Positions 32,501-40,681 of a stretch of DNA of 64,000 nucleotides are shown here, in pieces. Below the pieces are notes generated by a model that saw only the letters and a program-made list of their open reading frames with translations, did not search any database and had not been told where the DNA came from. Numbering within the stretch: the first letter of the stretch is position 1; every line of letters begins with the position of its first letter. This DNA comes from Clostridiales bacterium (GTDB lineage: Bacteria > Bacillota > Clostridia > Christensenellales > Borkfalkiaceae). The stretch spans positions 1,235 through 65,234 of the forward strand of contig SVIT01000002.1 in assembly GCA_015069365.1 (NCBI GenBank), in the 5' to 3' direction. A program made the position numbers and the translations under genes.

Positions 32501-35129
32501 TACGTATATGTTCTATAAGTGCCCTGATCTTGCAGAAGTTACTCTTTCCGACGGTTTAACGGCTATCGGTGACTACTCTTTCCGCGGCTGTACGAAACTT
32601 ACACAGGTCAACGTTCCCGCATCTGTAATCAAGCTTGGTGGCTATGCATTTGCTGACAGTGGCTTGACCAGCTTCGAGTTCACCAATCCCGCAGCTTCGA
32701 CGGGTAATTACTTGTTCTATGGTTGTGCAAACTTGAAGACGGTTAAGATGATTGAAGGTATGACGACGTTGACCACTGGTATGTTCTACAATTGTACCAG
32801 TCTCGGCGCTGACGTTGACGAAAACACCTCGGCAATCGACTTGCCTTCCACGATCAATGCAGTACACGGCACCGTATTCTACGGCTGTACGAGCATGAAG
32901 ATGCTTAAATTCCCTGCAGGTACGTTAGACTTCGGTACTTCGTCTAAGTGGAGTTCGTCTACAACGTCCAGCCTCTTCTATGGCTGTACGAGTCTTAAGA
33001 AAGTAGTTCTTCCTTCGACGCTTGAAAGAATCGGCGGTCAGGCATTCTACGGCTGTACCAGCTTGAAAGAAGTAGAAAACCTGGGTGGTGTGAAATTCGT
33101 AGGTGCGTCCGTATTCAGAAATACTGGCCTCGAATCGATCACGTTGCCTTCCGTAACCGAACTTAAGAGCTATGCATTTGCAGAATGTGCACTGCTTAAG
33201 AACGTAATTTTGAACGACAACCTTGCTGGTATTGAATACTATGCGTTTAAAGATTGTATCGCACTTGAAGAAATCACGCTTCCTTCGATGTTGACGCTTC
33301 TTGGTTCGACGAGCTCGACTGGTTCGGGCGGCGTATTCCAAGGCTGTACCTCGCTTAAGAAGATTACGCTTCCCGTAGGTATCTCTGGGGTTAGAAAGTA
33401 TACGTTTGAGGGCTGTACTTCGCTTACGGAAGTAAACTTCGAAGGTCAAGTGCTTGCTGTGAACGAGTATGCGTTTGCAAATTGTACATCTTTGTCTGAA
33501 TTCGGTTGGACTGATTTCTTGTTGGAGATTGGTAATTATGCATTTGCAAACAGCGGTATCAAGAAAGTTGAACTTGCTGCGGCTACCAGCTCGGTAAGTG
33601 CAACGGCGTTTAACGGCTGTCCTATCGAAGAAATTCAAGTTCACGCTGATAACGTTTACTACAAGGTTGTAGGCAACGTACTCGTAAACTATGACACAGA
33701 CGAATGGATGCTTGTTCTTCCCGACTACATGCCTACTGACGGCAAGTTGGTAATCGACAGCACCACGCCTTTGACGTTTAGTGAATTGGCAACTCCGTTC
33801 GCAGGTAATACCACGATTAAGGAAATCGAAATCAAAGCTGACGTAAATTGGACGGAAGTTCCCGCGAACTTGTTCTACGGTATGGAAAACCTTGAAAAGG
33901 TAACCTTGCCTGAAGGTCTTGAAAGCATCGGCGATTACGCATTCGAAGCTTGTCCTAAGCTTACGAGCGTGAATTTGCCCGCTTCGTTGAAGTATATCGG
34001 CGAATATGCATTCTATAACTGTGAAGGTATGACGCAAGTTACCCTTCCTGCGGCTCTTGAAGAGATCGGCGAAGGTGCGTTTATGGGCACCAAGCTCACC
34101 TCGATCGAGATCCCTGCAAGCGTGAAGACTATTAATACTTATGCATTCAACGCTATCGAAAGTTTGGCGACCATCAAGTTGAACGAAGGTCTTGAAACTG
34201 TTGGCGCGTATGCATTTGCAGGCGCAGGTATCACCGAAGTAGTCATTCCTGCAAGCGTACAGAAGTTCGGCTCGAGCGTATCGGTAAGCGATAGCAGCGG
34301 TGCTAAAAACGCAATTTCGTCTAGCCAAGTTCGTTCCTTCGTATTTGCGGATTGTACCGCTCTTACTAGCGTAACCTTCCTTGGCAACGCAATTGAATTG
34401 ACGGGTAGAACCTTCCTCAACTGTACGGCGCTTACCACGGTGAACTTGCCTGCAGGCTTGAAGATGATTGAAAACTACATGTTCTACGGCTGTACGTCGC
34501 TCACCAGCGTAACAATTCCTGACACGGTAGAAACGATCGGCGGTTATGCATTTGCGAACAGCGGTATCACCTCGATTGAGATTCCTGCAAACGTGAAGTG
34601 CGTAGGTCAGGAAACGCTTATGACCGATCCTTATCAGACGGGTTCGACGACTGGTCAGGGTTCGGCATCGCAAGGAACCCTTGGTGCATACTACGAATTC
34701 GCATATCCTAACGGTCACGTATTCATGGGTTGTACGAGTTTGACGAACGTTACCTTCAAGGGCAACGTAGAACAGATCGGTTGGTATGCATTCGAAGGCT
34801 GTACGGCTCTTGAAACGATCACCCTTCCTAACTCTGTAGAGATTATCGGTGACTATGCATTTGCGAACTGTACGAACCTTAAGACGCTCAACGTTCCTAC
34901 GTCGGCGATGTTCATCGGTAACTATGCATTTGCGAACACGGCAATCCAGAGCGTAGTCATTCCTTCCACGGCGGTTGTTTATAACAACGCGTTCGAAGGT
35001 TGGACGGCTGCACAGACGGTTAACGTAGAATTGTCCGCATACAAGGCATGGTCTATCTGGAACTTGGCTTGGAGCAAGGGCAGCGCAGCTACGTATGTTT
35101 GGGAATATGCTCCCGCAGCGCAAGCTTAA
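26589..35129 (+). CDS. Giant (2846 aa) surface lipoprotein: InlB-B/Listeria-Bacteroides repeats, Fn3-like modules and a ~1900-aa BspA-type LRR array
   Basis: Lipobox SIMAAC|S. It has GWYKD/GWWTS-type Listeria-Bacteroides repeats and five W(D/K)xVxNAxxYxV Fn3-like modules. From about residue 750 to the end it is an almost uninterrupted run of IPxxVxxIGxxAFxxCxxLxxV repeats. Confidence 0.85.
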   Translation: MKAKKVSKNKKRFLSLSMAMVAALSFGSIMAACSDDEDSSSVPQSSSSVEVTTYTVSFNVGDTSVSTETVNSGEKVTKPTDPTKEGEVFIGWYKDPAFKNLYNFDEAVKGDLALYARFATPSATEYKATLIVDGETVGEASTVGGVFYEALLPKPTKEGATFAGWWTSDYEDATKLTEKYTGFAVEEPVKLYAVWESDAPLVSVNSNAINWTMDENAQVSLKITCDETEVLTKVVNGTSYEYNFSAQPAGNYVVEVTVGGVTGKAYYQNKALAKVSAFSYDGTTLSWKPVQNVTKYLVSVQCGDATHTHVDEKVTEPTYNFANCAMKTDGIKFTVKAVAEGYLTSVSDVYTVVKNLDAVSNVAYDAATAKLTWDAVENATSYKVVVNNQEYTVNENALAVEGLDMGDLSVSVMPVAFGFNSPEAVTATVAKSNLATPKNISLTGTVLSWDEVTSATGYVVKVNGTEYQASTNSFDLATAGDNASSYYEVTVKAVGATAAVSSKPSTKMTIGVGVVADTLTYNKGKVAWDPVINAKKFEVRINESAPIEVAATETSKDVALTKKGTNKIEVRCYNQEDVASEWVSVDVEIYEITFNYGVAGNTRPAEYKAAGDTFTIPDDPATPGYDFQGWFNAATNGREYTSNEVTFDPANGTEVHAVWKARKYNLTYIVKVGGEELSKTTVEITYDQEFDLPVPDVEGTFGGWWTELNGQGTQIADNMGKSVGGWKFTEDQTVYANTSEIFEYVEVTSVATGKPGWSVKAGSDIGMVTEIKIPAMYNGLPVIGIEQMGFANCGHLTKIAMPDTMETIFLGMDGPYYGTGSALYHCTALQEMEVYEVEGNHQRFYKSVDGALLRMTDYNGVELVYVPYGWVLDEYRVPDEVTTIATNLFRYYKTLKKIIIPNTVTRIDSGAFNSCKMEELVFEAGGDDPLIIGDGAFKYCDFKSLTLPARMGAIEDKLGLGNVFQFCSYLEKIIVEDGNEAYTSKEGFLYNEAGDTLLYAPRGMRGEVTIPAGTVTIGAESFSAYLNSTTDSCGMITKIIIPVGVEEIGAKAFKACASLASVEFRGGENDAKINIGEEAFYSTILAGLTLPANTGKIAARAFGNIKTLGSVRIEAGEGFEVETGAFGDTSNVYYVTYVYLDKNVRVFDVNGAFGPTKLSTIEIHSDNNYLAMKEGVLFDKDMTQIVYYPASKTGNYTIPSTIEVIGGNVFNGKSLEEVEIPFTVKEIGGAAFANCSRLTKVTFLAGEQGAVHPGLKINAQAFQNCENLVDFTLPSYTTEIGKQAFESCSSIVGAINVPEGVTTIGDAAFRYMSGITSISLPKTLETIAVGTDASNGVASSYYPEYYRTFIGCDALTAITVADGNETFVTKDGILYKHEGGVVKELMTCPSGYAINEGKAVIPGTVRKIWAYAFYKNAAMAELSFATLVLGENETVATVNIEIGRSAFEEATALVRATLGTGVTKISDRMFYKCSALEYVSIPNTVSTIEYSSPFTQCYALREIHFEEGNESNELIIKGSNGPDNAYTGSSAFYRLTALERMVFPKRTKEIGNMALVDCTNLQYVYVPNTVTKFGNWLFGYGNNTKYTTGCPNLTTVEFEEGNDEVPLTIGKRAFEGSAITNVTLPARTKQILEYAFAGSKITSISIPEGVESIGNYAFQYCENLTEVTLQGTSKIKTIGQYAFASCPIKTFTVPATVETIDTYAFAYTEEMETIKFAEGSALKEIKDYAFRQSGISKLELPESTNTIKLGLDLFQYCPNLEEVYVSSTVATIGDTFGHCGALKRVIVSPNNVNFKVEGNALYNANGTAIQYLFASAPVDGEGVYRIPDNVTEIGEAAFRGQINIKKLIIPASVVKIGKSAFRYCVNLEEIEFDLANSQLTEIAESAFEGCEKLKSVNLPVSVKTLGKYAFNGCTSLTEANISGVTTLSGYTFMNCTALKNIDLSSVTKTGQQDFSYSGLTSATIPAGMTMGTYMFYKCPDLAEVTLSDGLTAIGDYSFRGCTKLTQVNVPASVIKLGGYAFADSGLTSFEFTNPAASTGNYLFYGCANLKTVKMIEGMTTLTTGMFYNCTSLGADVDENTSAIDLPSTINAVHGTVFYGCTSMKMLKFPAGTLDFGTSSKWSSSTTSSLFYGCTSLKKVVLPSTLERIGGQAFYGCTSLKEVENLGGVKFVGASVFRNTGLESITLPSVTELKSYAFAECALLKNVILNDNLAGIEYYAFKDCIALEEITLPSMLTLLGSTSSTGSGGVFQGCTSLKKITLPVGISGVRKYTFEGCTSLTEVNFEGQVLAVNEYAFANCTSLSEFGWTDFLLEIGNYAFANSGIKKVELAAATSSVSATAFNGCPIEEIQVHADNVYYKVVGNVLVNYDTDEWMLVLPDYMPTDGKLVIDSTTPLTFSELATPFAGNTTIKEIEIKADVNWTEVPANLFYGMENLEKVTLPEGLESIGDYAFEACPKLTSVNLPASLKYIGEYAFYNCEGMTQVTLPAALEEIGEGAFMGTKLTSIEIPASVKTINTYAFNAIESLATIKLNEGLETVGAYAFAGAGITEVVIPASVQKFGSSVSVSDSSGAKNAISSSQVRSFVFADCTALTSVTFLGNAIELTGRTFLNCTALTTVNLPAGLKMIENYMFYGCTSLTSVTIPDTVETIGGYAFANSGITSIEIPANVKCVGQETLMTDPYQTGSTTGQGSASQGTLGAYYEFAYPNGHVFMGCTSLTNVTFKGNVEQIGWYAFEGCTALETITLPNSVEIIGDYAFANCTNLKTLNVPTSAMFIGNYAFANTAIQSVVIPSTAVVYNNAFEGWTAAQTVNVELSAYKAWSIWNLAWSKGSAATYVWEYAPAAQA

Positions 35130-35172
35130 GCAAACCTTTCAATCGCATGATTGAAAAAACTAAATAAAAAGT

Positions 35173-35204
35173 CCGCCGCGAGGTTTCTCGCGGCGGTTCT
35201 TTTT
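35173..35204 (+). terminator. Strong rho-independent terminator
   Basis: CCGCCGCGAG (35173-35182) pairs with CTCGCGGCGG (35187-35196), 4-nt loop, followed by TTCTTTTT. Confidence 0.9.
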
Positions 35205-35487
35205 ATCAAAAGTCCGTTTTAAAAAAAAGGGGGACAATGAAGGTATTTTGTGACAAGAAAAATTGTCCTTTAAAATCGCTTTTTTCGATTAAGTTTATCA
35301 AAAAAACGAATGGTTGTAACGTTCAAAAAGATGTGTATTTTTGTGAAAAAATAACGCTTTTTAATCGTTTGTAACAAAGTGCATTTTTGCTTGGAAAATA
35401 AAGGGAAAGAGGACAATTCTTTTCGCCGTTTTTTGTGAAAATTTTGAGGAAATTGATTGTTTTTTTTGGATTTGCAGGCAAATTGCA

Positions 35488-35516
35488 TTTACTTTTTCGA
35501 TTATATATGATATAAT
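35488..35516 (+). promoter_or_regulatory. Extended -10 promoter (weak -35) for the MoxR operon
   Basis: TGaTATAAT at 35508-35516, with TTTACT at 35488-35493 (17-nt spacer). Confidence 0.5.
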
Positions 35517-35582
35517 TATGCTTACTGAAAAATGGTATTATTATAATCAGCCGTGTCTTCGAATACGGCAAAGGAGTATTAA

Positions 35583-36653
35583 ATGGCAGGTGAATTATTT
35601 AAAAAGTATTATTCGCGCCTGGCACGGGAAGGGATCATCAAATCCGCTTTGGTCGGTATGATTGTCGGATTCTCTACGCTCTTTTTGACATCTATAGTTT
35701 TGTGGTTGATAAATGAGGATCTTTTCTGGCTCGCGTTTATCAGCGGCGCAGCGGCTGGTGCGGTGGTAGCACCGGTGCTCTACTACAAGAAGTTTAAGCC
35801 CACCACAAAAGAGATCGCTCGCAGAGTTGACGAACTGGGGCTTGAAGAACGTGTGCTTACGATGACGGAGCTTGAAAACGATCAATCGTACATCGCGTTG
35901 CGTCAAAGAGAGGATACGGTTGCTGCGTTGCAAACGGTAAACGCAGGACTTCTGTCCATCGTGGTATCCATACCTTTGATCGTCTCTACTTGTGTAACGG
36001 GTGTGTTCGGGGTTGGTATGTCGGTCGTTACGGCGCTCAGCTCGGCAGGCGTTATTGAGAGCGGACGCGAGATAATCGAAGAAGCAATGAAACCTTTGCC
36101 TGAATATTTCGATATCGAATACGAAGTATCGGGAGAGGGCGGTAGAATCCTCAACTTCGAGACGGAAGAGGAAATTCCTTTCCAAGCTGTTGAGAAAGGC
36201 AAGAATGCGATTCCCGTCATTGCAGTGCCCGACGAAGGATACATATTCGTAGGTTGGTCGGATCAGTTTGAAGATCCTTACCGTGAAGATGAGAACATAA
36301 CCCAGCACATGACGTTGATCGCTGAGTTTGCAGAGCTCATGGACGGAGGGGATATGCCTGGCGGTGAAGACGGCTTCCCTGGTGACTTACCTGGTGATTT
36401 AGCAGGAGATCAAGGGAACGGCAAGCCAGGACAGGGCCCTGGCGCAGGCGGCGAGTTCATACCTACCAATCAGATCATCGACGGTGAGACGTTCTACGGA
36501 CATGAATATGAAGCGGCGTTTGAAGACGTACTTAACGTACTTGCTCAGAACGCAGAAATGTCCGATAGATTAAAGCAGTTGATTTCCAACTATTTCGAAA
36601 CGATCAAGACGACGACTTCGGATGATGGAACTTCAGGCAGCAATAGCAATTAA
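35583..36653 (+). CDS. Polytopic membrane protein with an extracytoplasmic InlB-B-like repeat and a Gly/Pro/Asp-rich segment
   Basis: AAGGAG SD. It has 2 N-terminal TM helices, a further hydrophobic pair (LLSIVVSIPLIVSTCVTGVFGVGMSVVTAL), then GYIFVGWSDQFEDPY...LIAEF (Listeria-Bacteroides repeat) and GGDMPGGEDGFPGDLPGDLAGDQGNGKPGQGPGAGG. Confidence 0.6.
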   Translation: MAGELFKKYYSRLAREGIIKSALVGMIVGFSTLFLTSIVLWLINEDLFWLAFISGAAAGAVVAPVLYYKKFKPTTKEIARRVDELGLEERVLTMTELENDQSYIALRQREDTVAALQTVNAGLLSIVVSIPLIVSTCVTGVFGVGMSVVTALSSAGVIESGREIIEEAMKPLPEYFDIEYEVSGEGGRILNFETEEEIPFQAVEKGKNAIPVIAVPDEGYIFVGWSDQFEDPYREDENITQHMTLIAEFAELMDGGDMPGGEDGFPGDLPGDLAGDQGNGKPGQGPGAGGEFIPTNQIIDGETFYGHEYEAAFEDVLNVLAQNAEMSDRLKQLISNYFETIKTTTSDDGTSGSNSN

Positions 36654-36698
36654 AACAAAAGTAAAAAAATAAAAAAAATTAAAAGAAGGGAAATAATT

Positions 36699-37727
36699 AT
36701 GAATGAAAAAGATGTAAACGTAACTGTTGGACAAAACGATATTGATATGTTCTGTAAACAATGTGCAGATATTTTCGAGCAGGTTGGCCGTGACGTTATC
36801 GGTCAGAAAGAAGTTGTAGAAGGTACGATCGTTGCGATGATCGCTGGCGGTAACGTATTGCTTGAAGGTGTGCCTGGGGTTGGTAAAACCCGTCTTGTAA
36901 GATCGTTGGGTAGAGTATTCGACCTTCCTTTCGCGCGTATCCAGTTTACGCCCGACTTGATGCCTGCCGACGTTACGGGTACCAACATCATCGTAAAAGA
37001 TGAAAACGGCAACTCCAGCTTCAAGTTTCAGCCTGGTCCTATTTTCAGCAATATTATTCTTGCCGACGAAATCAACCGTGCAACGCCGAAAACGCAGTCC
37101 GCGCTTCTCGAAGCCATGCAGGAACACACGGTTACCGTAATGGGTACGTCGAGAAAGTTGGAAGAACCTTTCTTCGTACTTGCAACGCAGAACCCTATCG
37201 AACAAGACGGTACGTATCCTTTGCCTGAAGCGCAGATGGACCGTTTCATGTTCAAACTCATCGTTCCCAACCCCAGCCTTGACGAACTTATGCAGATCGT
37301 TGACATGACGCAGAAGACGATGGCGGAAGTTGCAGAGAGCGTATGTAACGGCGAACAGCTCCTTCGCATGCGTGCGACGGCTAACCAGATCCCCGTTGCA
37401 GAAGAAGTGCTTCGTTATGCAATGATCATGACGAGTGCAACCCATCCCGACAGCGAATGCGCAAGCGAAGCCGCAAAGAAATATATCCGTAACGGTGCCA
37501 GCCCCCGTGCAGGTCAGGCTTTGATCTCCGCAGCGAAGGTAAAGGCGCTTATCAAGGGTAGATTCAACGTAGCGTTCTCGGATATCGAAGAACTTGCATA
37601 CCCCGTACTTCGTCACCGTATCAAACTCAACTTCGAGGCGATTGCAGAACGTGTAACGGCAGACGACGTAATCAAAATGATTGTTGAAGAAGTAAGCAAG
37701 AATCCTAAATATAAGAAAGTAAAATAA
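36699..37727 (+). CDS. MoxR-family AAA+ ATPase (AAA_3)
   Basis: Walker A LLEGVPGVGKT, the FARIQFTPDLMPADVTG signature, Walker B IILADEINRA, and the LLEAMQE and ATQNP motifs. Confidence 0.9.
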   Translation: MNEKDVNVTVGQNDIDMFCKQCADIFEQVGRDVIGQKEVVEGTIVAMIAGGNVLLEGVPGVGKTRLVRSLGRVFDLPFARIQFTPDLMPADVTGTNIIVKDENGNSSFKFQPGPIFSNIILADEINRATPKTQSALLEAMQEHTVTVMGTSRKLEEPFFVLATQNPIEQDGTYPLPEAQMDRFMFKLIVPNPSLDELMQIVDMTQKTMAEVAESVCNGEQLLRMRATANQIPVAEEVLRYAMIMTSATHPDSECASEAAKKYIRNGASPRAGQALISAAKVKALIKGRFNVAFSDIEELAYPVLRHRIKLNFEAIAERVTADDVIKMIVEEVSKNPKYKKVK

Positions 37728-37760
37728 TCATTAGTGTAGAGAACACAGGGAGGAAGTAGG

Positions 37761-38663
37761 ATGGCAGAATCTTTCTACTTAAACGATAAATTTTTCAGCC
37801 GATTGGAAACGTTGGCGTTAAATTTAAGAACCAGCCTTGCGGGATATTTCGGTGGTAAACACCTCGTAAGTACATACGGACAAACGGTGGAATTTTCCGA
37901 CTTTAGAGAATATCAACTTGGCGACGATATCCGTAGAATCGACTGGAACTTGTACAGCCGATTTGAGAAATATTTCCTGAAACTGTTCACCGACGAAAGA
38001 CAGATGCAGGTACAGATCTTTTTGGATTGTTCGGCGTCTATGGGTAAGGATAATCCGAAAAAATCTTCCTATGCAATCGCGGCAGCGGCGGCGCTCGGGT
38101 TCTTGGCGGTACATAATATGGATAAACTTTCCTTCCATCTTATGCGCGGCAACCGTGCGGACAATCCTTTCGGTACGATGATCGGTAAGAAAGCATTTTT
38201 CCGAGCAATGGGTACGTTCAACGATCTTGAATTTACCGATGACGCCGATATCGAGGCTTGCGTAACCAGCACCCCCGATACCAGCGTAAACAACGGCTTA
38301 ACGATTATTATTTCCGACTTTTTCACCGAGAGTAATTGGAAAAAAGCGGTAGATTATTTATGCTATAAAAAGCGTCAGGTACTTTTAATCCAAGTAATGA
38401 CGCCCGATGAATACGACCCGAATTACGATGGGCGAGTAAATCTGATCGACTCCGAAGCGGAGGATGTGTCTGACTTTAGAAACATGAAAGTGAAGATCAC
38501 GCGCAGTATGCAAAAAGCATATGAGGAAGCGATGGCAGATTTCAAACAAGACATTAAAGATTTTTGTTCTAGACGCGGAGTAGATTTTATCTCCGTATCC
38601 ACAGATACTCCTATTGAAAGAGTATTGTTTGGCGAATTGTTAAAAGTAGGTATTATGGCATGA
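37761..38663 (+). CDS. DUF58-family protein (vWA-like, MoxR partner)
   Basis: FSDFREYQLGDDIRRIDWNLYSR is the DUF58 signature. A MIDAS-like DCSASMG motif follows. Confidence 0.85.
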   Translation: MAESFYLNDKFFSRLETLALNLRTSLAGYFGGKHLVSTYGQTVEFSDFREYQLGDDIRRIDWNLYSRFEKYFLKLFTDERQMQVQIFLDCSASMGKDNPKKSSYAIAAAAALGFLAVHNMDKLSFHLMRGNRADNPFGTMIGKKAFFRAMGTFNDLEFTDDADIEACVTSTPDTSVNNGLTIIISDFFTESNWKKAVDYLCYKKRQVLLIQVMTPDEYDPNYDGRVNLIDSEAEDVSDFRNMKVKITRSMQKAYEEAMADFKQDIKDFCSRRGVDFISVSTDTPIERVLFGELLKVGIMA

Positions 38664-40666
38664 CATTATTAACACCTTTAGGGCTGTTGGGTTTAATAGG
38701 TATAATCGTCTTGATTATCATCTACATAATCAAGCCCAACTACCAACAAAAAGTAATTTCCAGTACGTACGTTTGGAAATTAAGTTTAAAATATAGAAAG
38801 AAAAAAATTCCCGTAAACAAACTTCGGAATTTCTTGATCATTCTCTGTCAGATCCTTATTTTGACGGCGGCGGCATTGATTTTGGCTGAGCCCGTACAAG
38901 TAATCAAACAAAAGGCGGATCACAGAGAGGTTATTGCGATCATTGATTCTTCTGCAAGTATGCGCACGGAAACGGGCGGTGAAACTCGTTTCGAAAGAGC
39001 GGTAAATCTTGTTTCCGAACTGACTGACGACGTTATGGGCAATTCGGGTACGGTTTCGGTTATTTTAGCGAATGAAAACCCGAGTTTCCTTGCGGAAAGA
39101 TACAATGGCGACAACCGCGCGGTTTTGCTCGATGAACTTTCCTTGCTTGTTGATGACGACGTATGTTCTTACGGCGTCTCCAATATCGAAAGCGCGATCG
39201 TGCTTTGCGAAGACATCTTGGAAGACAATCCCGAGGCAGAGGTACATCTTTTCACGGATACGACGTATAAATACGTTCCTAAGAAGAAAAATGGGGATTC
39301 CGTAATCAACGTAGTCAACGTATCGGACGAAGAGGAATACAACGTTGCGATTTTGGACGCATATTCGGTATATGAAGACAACTTCTACACCTTCTACATC
39401 GACGTTGCTTGCTACGGTCAAGAGAAAAACGTAACGGTAAACGTTTCGATCACTGGTGCAAACGGTGACGGTGAATTCCAAGGCACGGAAAAAGATTATT
39501 CGCACAGCGTACTCTTGTCCCGTGATAAAACGAAGAGAATCGTATTTATCAACAAAGACTTGTATCAAGATATGGAAAGCGAACAGGAAGACGTGGAATA
39601 CTATCCGTTAGAATATGATGAAAGAGTATTCTCCTATAAAGAAGTTTTCGTTTACATCGTAGAAGACGATTCTTTCCAAGACGATAACAACTTCTTGATT
39701 TACGATGGCGGAAAGGAAGTCGTCAAGATTATGTACAAGAGTCCGATTCCCAACCAGTTCTTCCCTGCGGTTATACAAAACTTGCGTTCTATTTACAAGG
39801 ATAAATGGGATTTCTGGATTACAGAAATCAAGGTAGGTACGGAAGAACCCGACCAGGGCTATTCAGGGTTCGATTTCTATTTCTTTGAGCATGAAATGCC
39901 CAAGAAAATGCCTACGGACGGTATCGTATTCCTTTGCGACCCCGATCCCAACCGTGCACCGCCTCCTCAAAAAGCGGATTTCCGTGTGGAAGGTCAGTAT
40001 CACTGGAACGGAAACAGCGTGTATTTGCAAGCGGAAGACGATAAGCACCCGCTGTTGAACTTTATCAATCCGTCCACGATTTCGATCAGTATGTATAACC
40101 GTATTACTTACGGTTCGAGCTACACCCCGTTGTTGCTCACGCCCGACGGAAAACCTGTATTGGCGGTATGCGACGAACCCGATGCAAAGATCGTTGTGCT
40201 CGGTTTCAGCGTTCACTATTCCAACTTAGCGATCAATGAAGGTATTGCTGTATTGCTGTATAACGTGTTCGAATACTTTATGCCTTCGACTGTTAGCAGC
40301 AACTCTTTTGAAATCAACGAACAAATCACGTTGAATGCACGTGGTAGAGAACTTTACGTTTCCAATGAATACGACGCGGAAGACCTCATGGTATTTGAGA
40401 CGTTCCCCGCATCGTTCACGGCGACTATGCCTGGTACTTATACACTTTCGCAAACGACGTTTGCAGGAAAGCCGATCGAGGAAAAGATCTTCGTAAGAAT
40501 TCCCGCATCGGAAAGTAACATTTGGGATACGGAAGACGCTTTGGGTAATCCGTTTAAGGAAATCGAAGCGATTGACTACTTCAACGATTTGATGAAATTC
40601 GTCGCGTTAGCGATGGTAATTATATTATTCATCGAATGGTGGTTGCATAATCGTGAGAATGGGTAA
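38660..40666 (+). CDS. BatA-like membrane protein with N-terminal double TM, one vWA domain and a C-terminal TM
   Basis: ATGA start/stop overlap with the DUF58 gene. The N-terminus LLTPLGLLGLIGIIVLIIIYIIKP is of the aerotolerance-regulator (BatA_N) type. MIDAS motif DSSAS. C-terminal TM FVALAMVIILFIEWW. Confidence 0.75.
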   Translation: MTLLTPLGLLGLIGIIVLIIIYIIKPNYQQKVISSTYVWKLSLKYRKKKIPVNKLRNFLIILCQILILTAAALILAEPVQVIKQKADHREVIAIIDSSASMRTETGGETRFERAVNLVSELTDDVMGNSGTVSVILANENPSFLAERYNGDNRAVLLDELSLLVDDDVCSYGVSNIESAIVLCEDILEDNPEAEVHLFTDTTYKYVPKKKNGDSVINVVNVSDEEEYNVAILDAYSVYEDNFYTFYIDVACYGQEKNVTVNVSITGANGDGEFQGTEKDYSHSVLLSRDKTKRIVFINKDLYQDMESEQEDVEYYPLEYDERVFSYKEVFVYIVEDDSFQDDNNFLIYDGGKEVVKIMYKSPIPNQFFPAVIQNLRSIYKDKWDFWITEIKVGTEEPDQGYSGFDFYFFEHEMPKKMPTDGIVFLCDPDPNRAPPPQKADFRVEGQYHWNGNSVYLQAEDDKHPLLNFINPSTISISMYNRITYGSSYTPLLLTPDGKPVLAVCDEPDAKIVVLGFSVHYSNLAINEGIAVLLYNVFEYFMPSTVSSNSFEINEQITLNARGRELYVSNEYDAEDLMVFETFPASFTATMPGTYTLSQTTFAGKPIEEKIFVRIPASESNIWDTEDALGNPFKEIEAIDYFNDLMKFVALAMVIILFIEWWLHNRENG

Positions 40667-40681
40667 AGGAGAAGTAAAATT

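Noticed and set aside
29460-35123. Long minus-strand ORFs opposite the 2846-aa gene (29460..30719, 419 aa; 32925..35123, 732 aa; and several shorter ones).
   Set aside because: They are codon-aligned with the plus-strand frame; for example 35121 is a codon start of the gene beginning at 26589. They therefore stay open simply because the sense gene rarely uses TTA, CTA or TCA codons. Their composition is Arg/Cys/Phe/Val-rich and non-protein-like, they have no SD, and the sense strand has overwhelming domain evidence.
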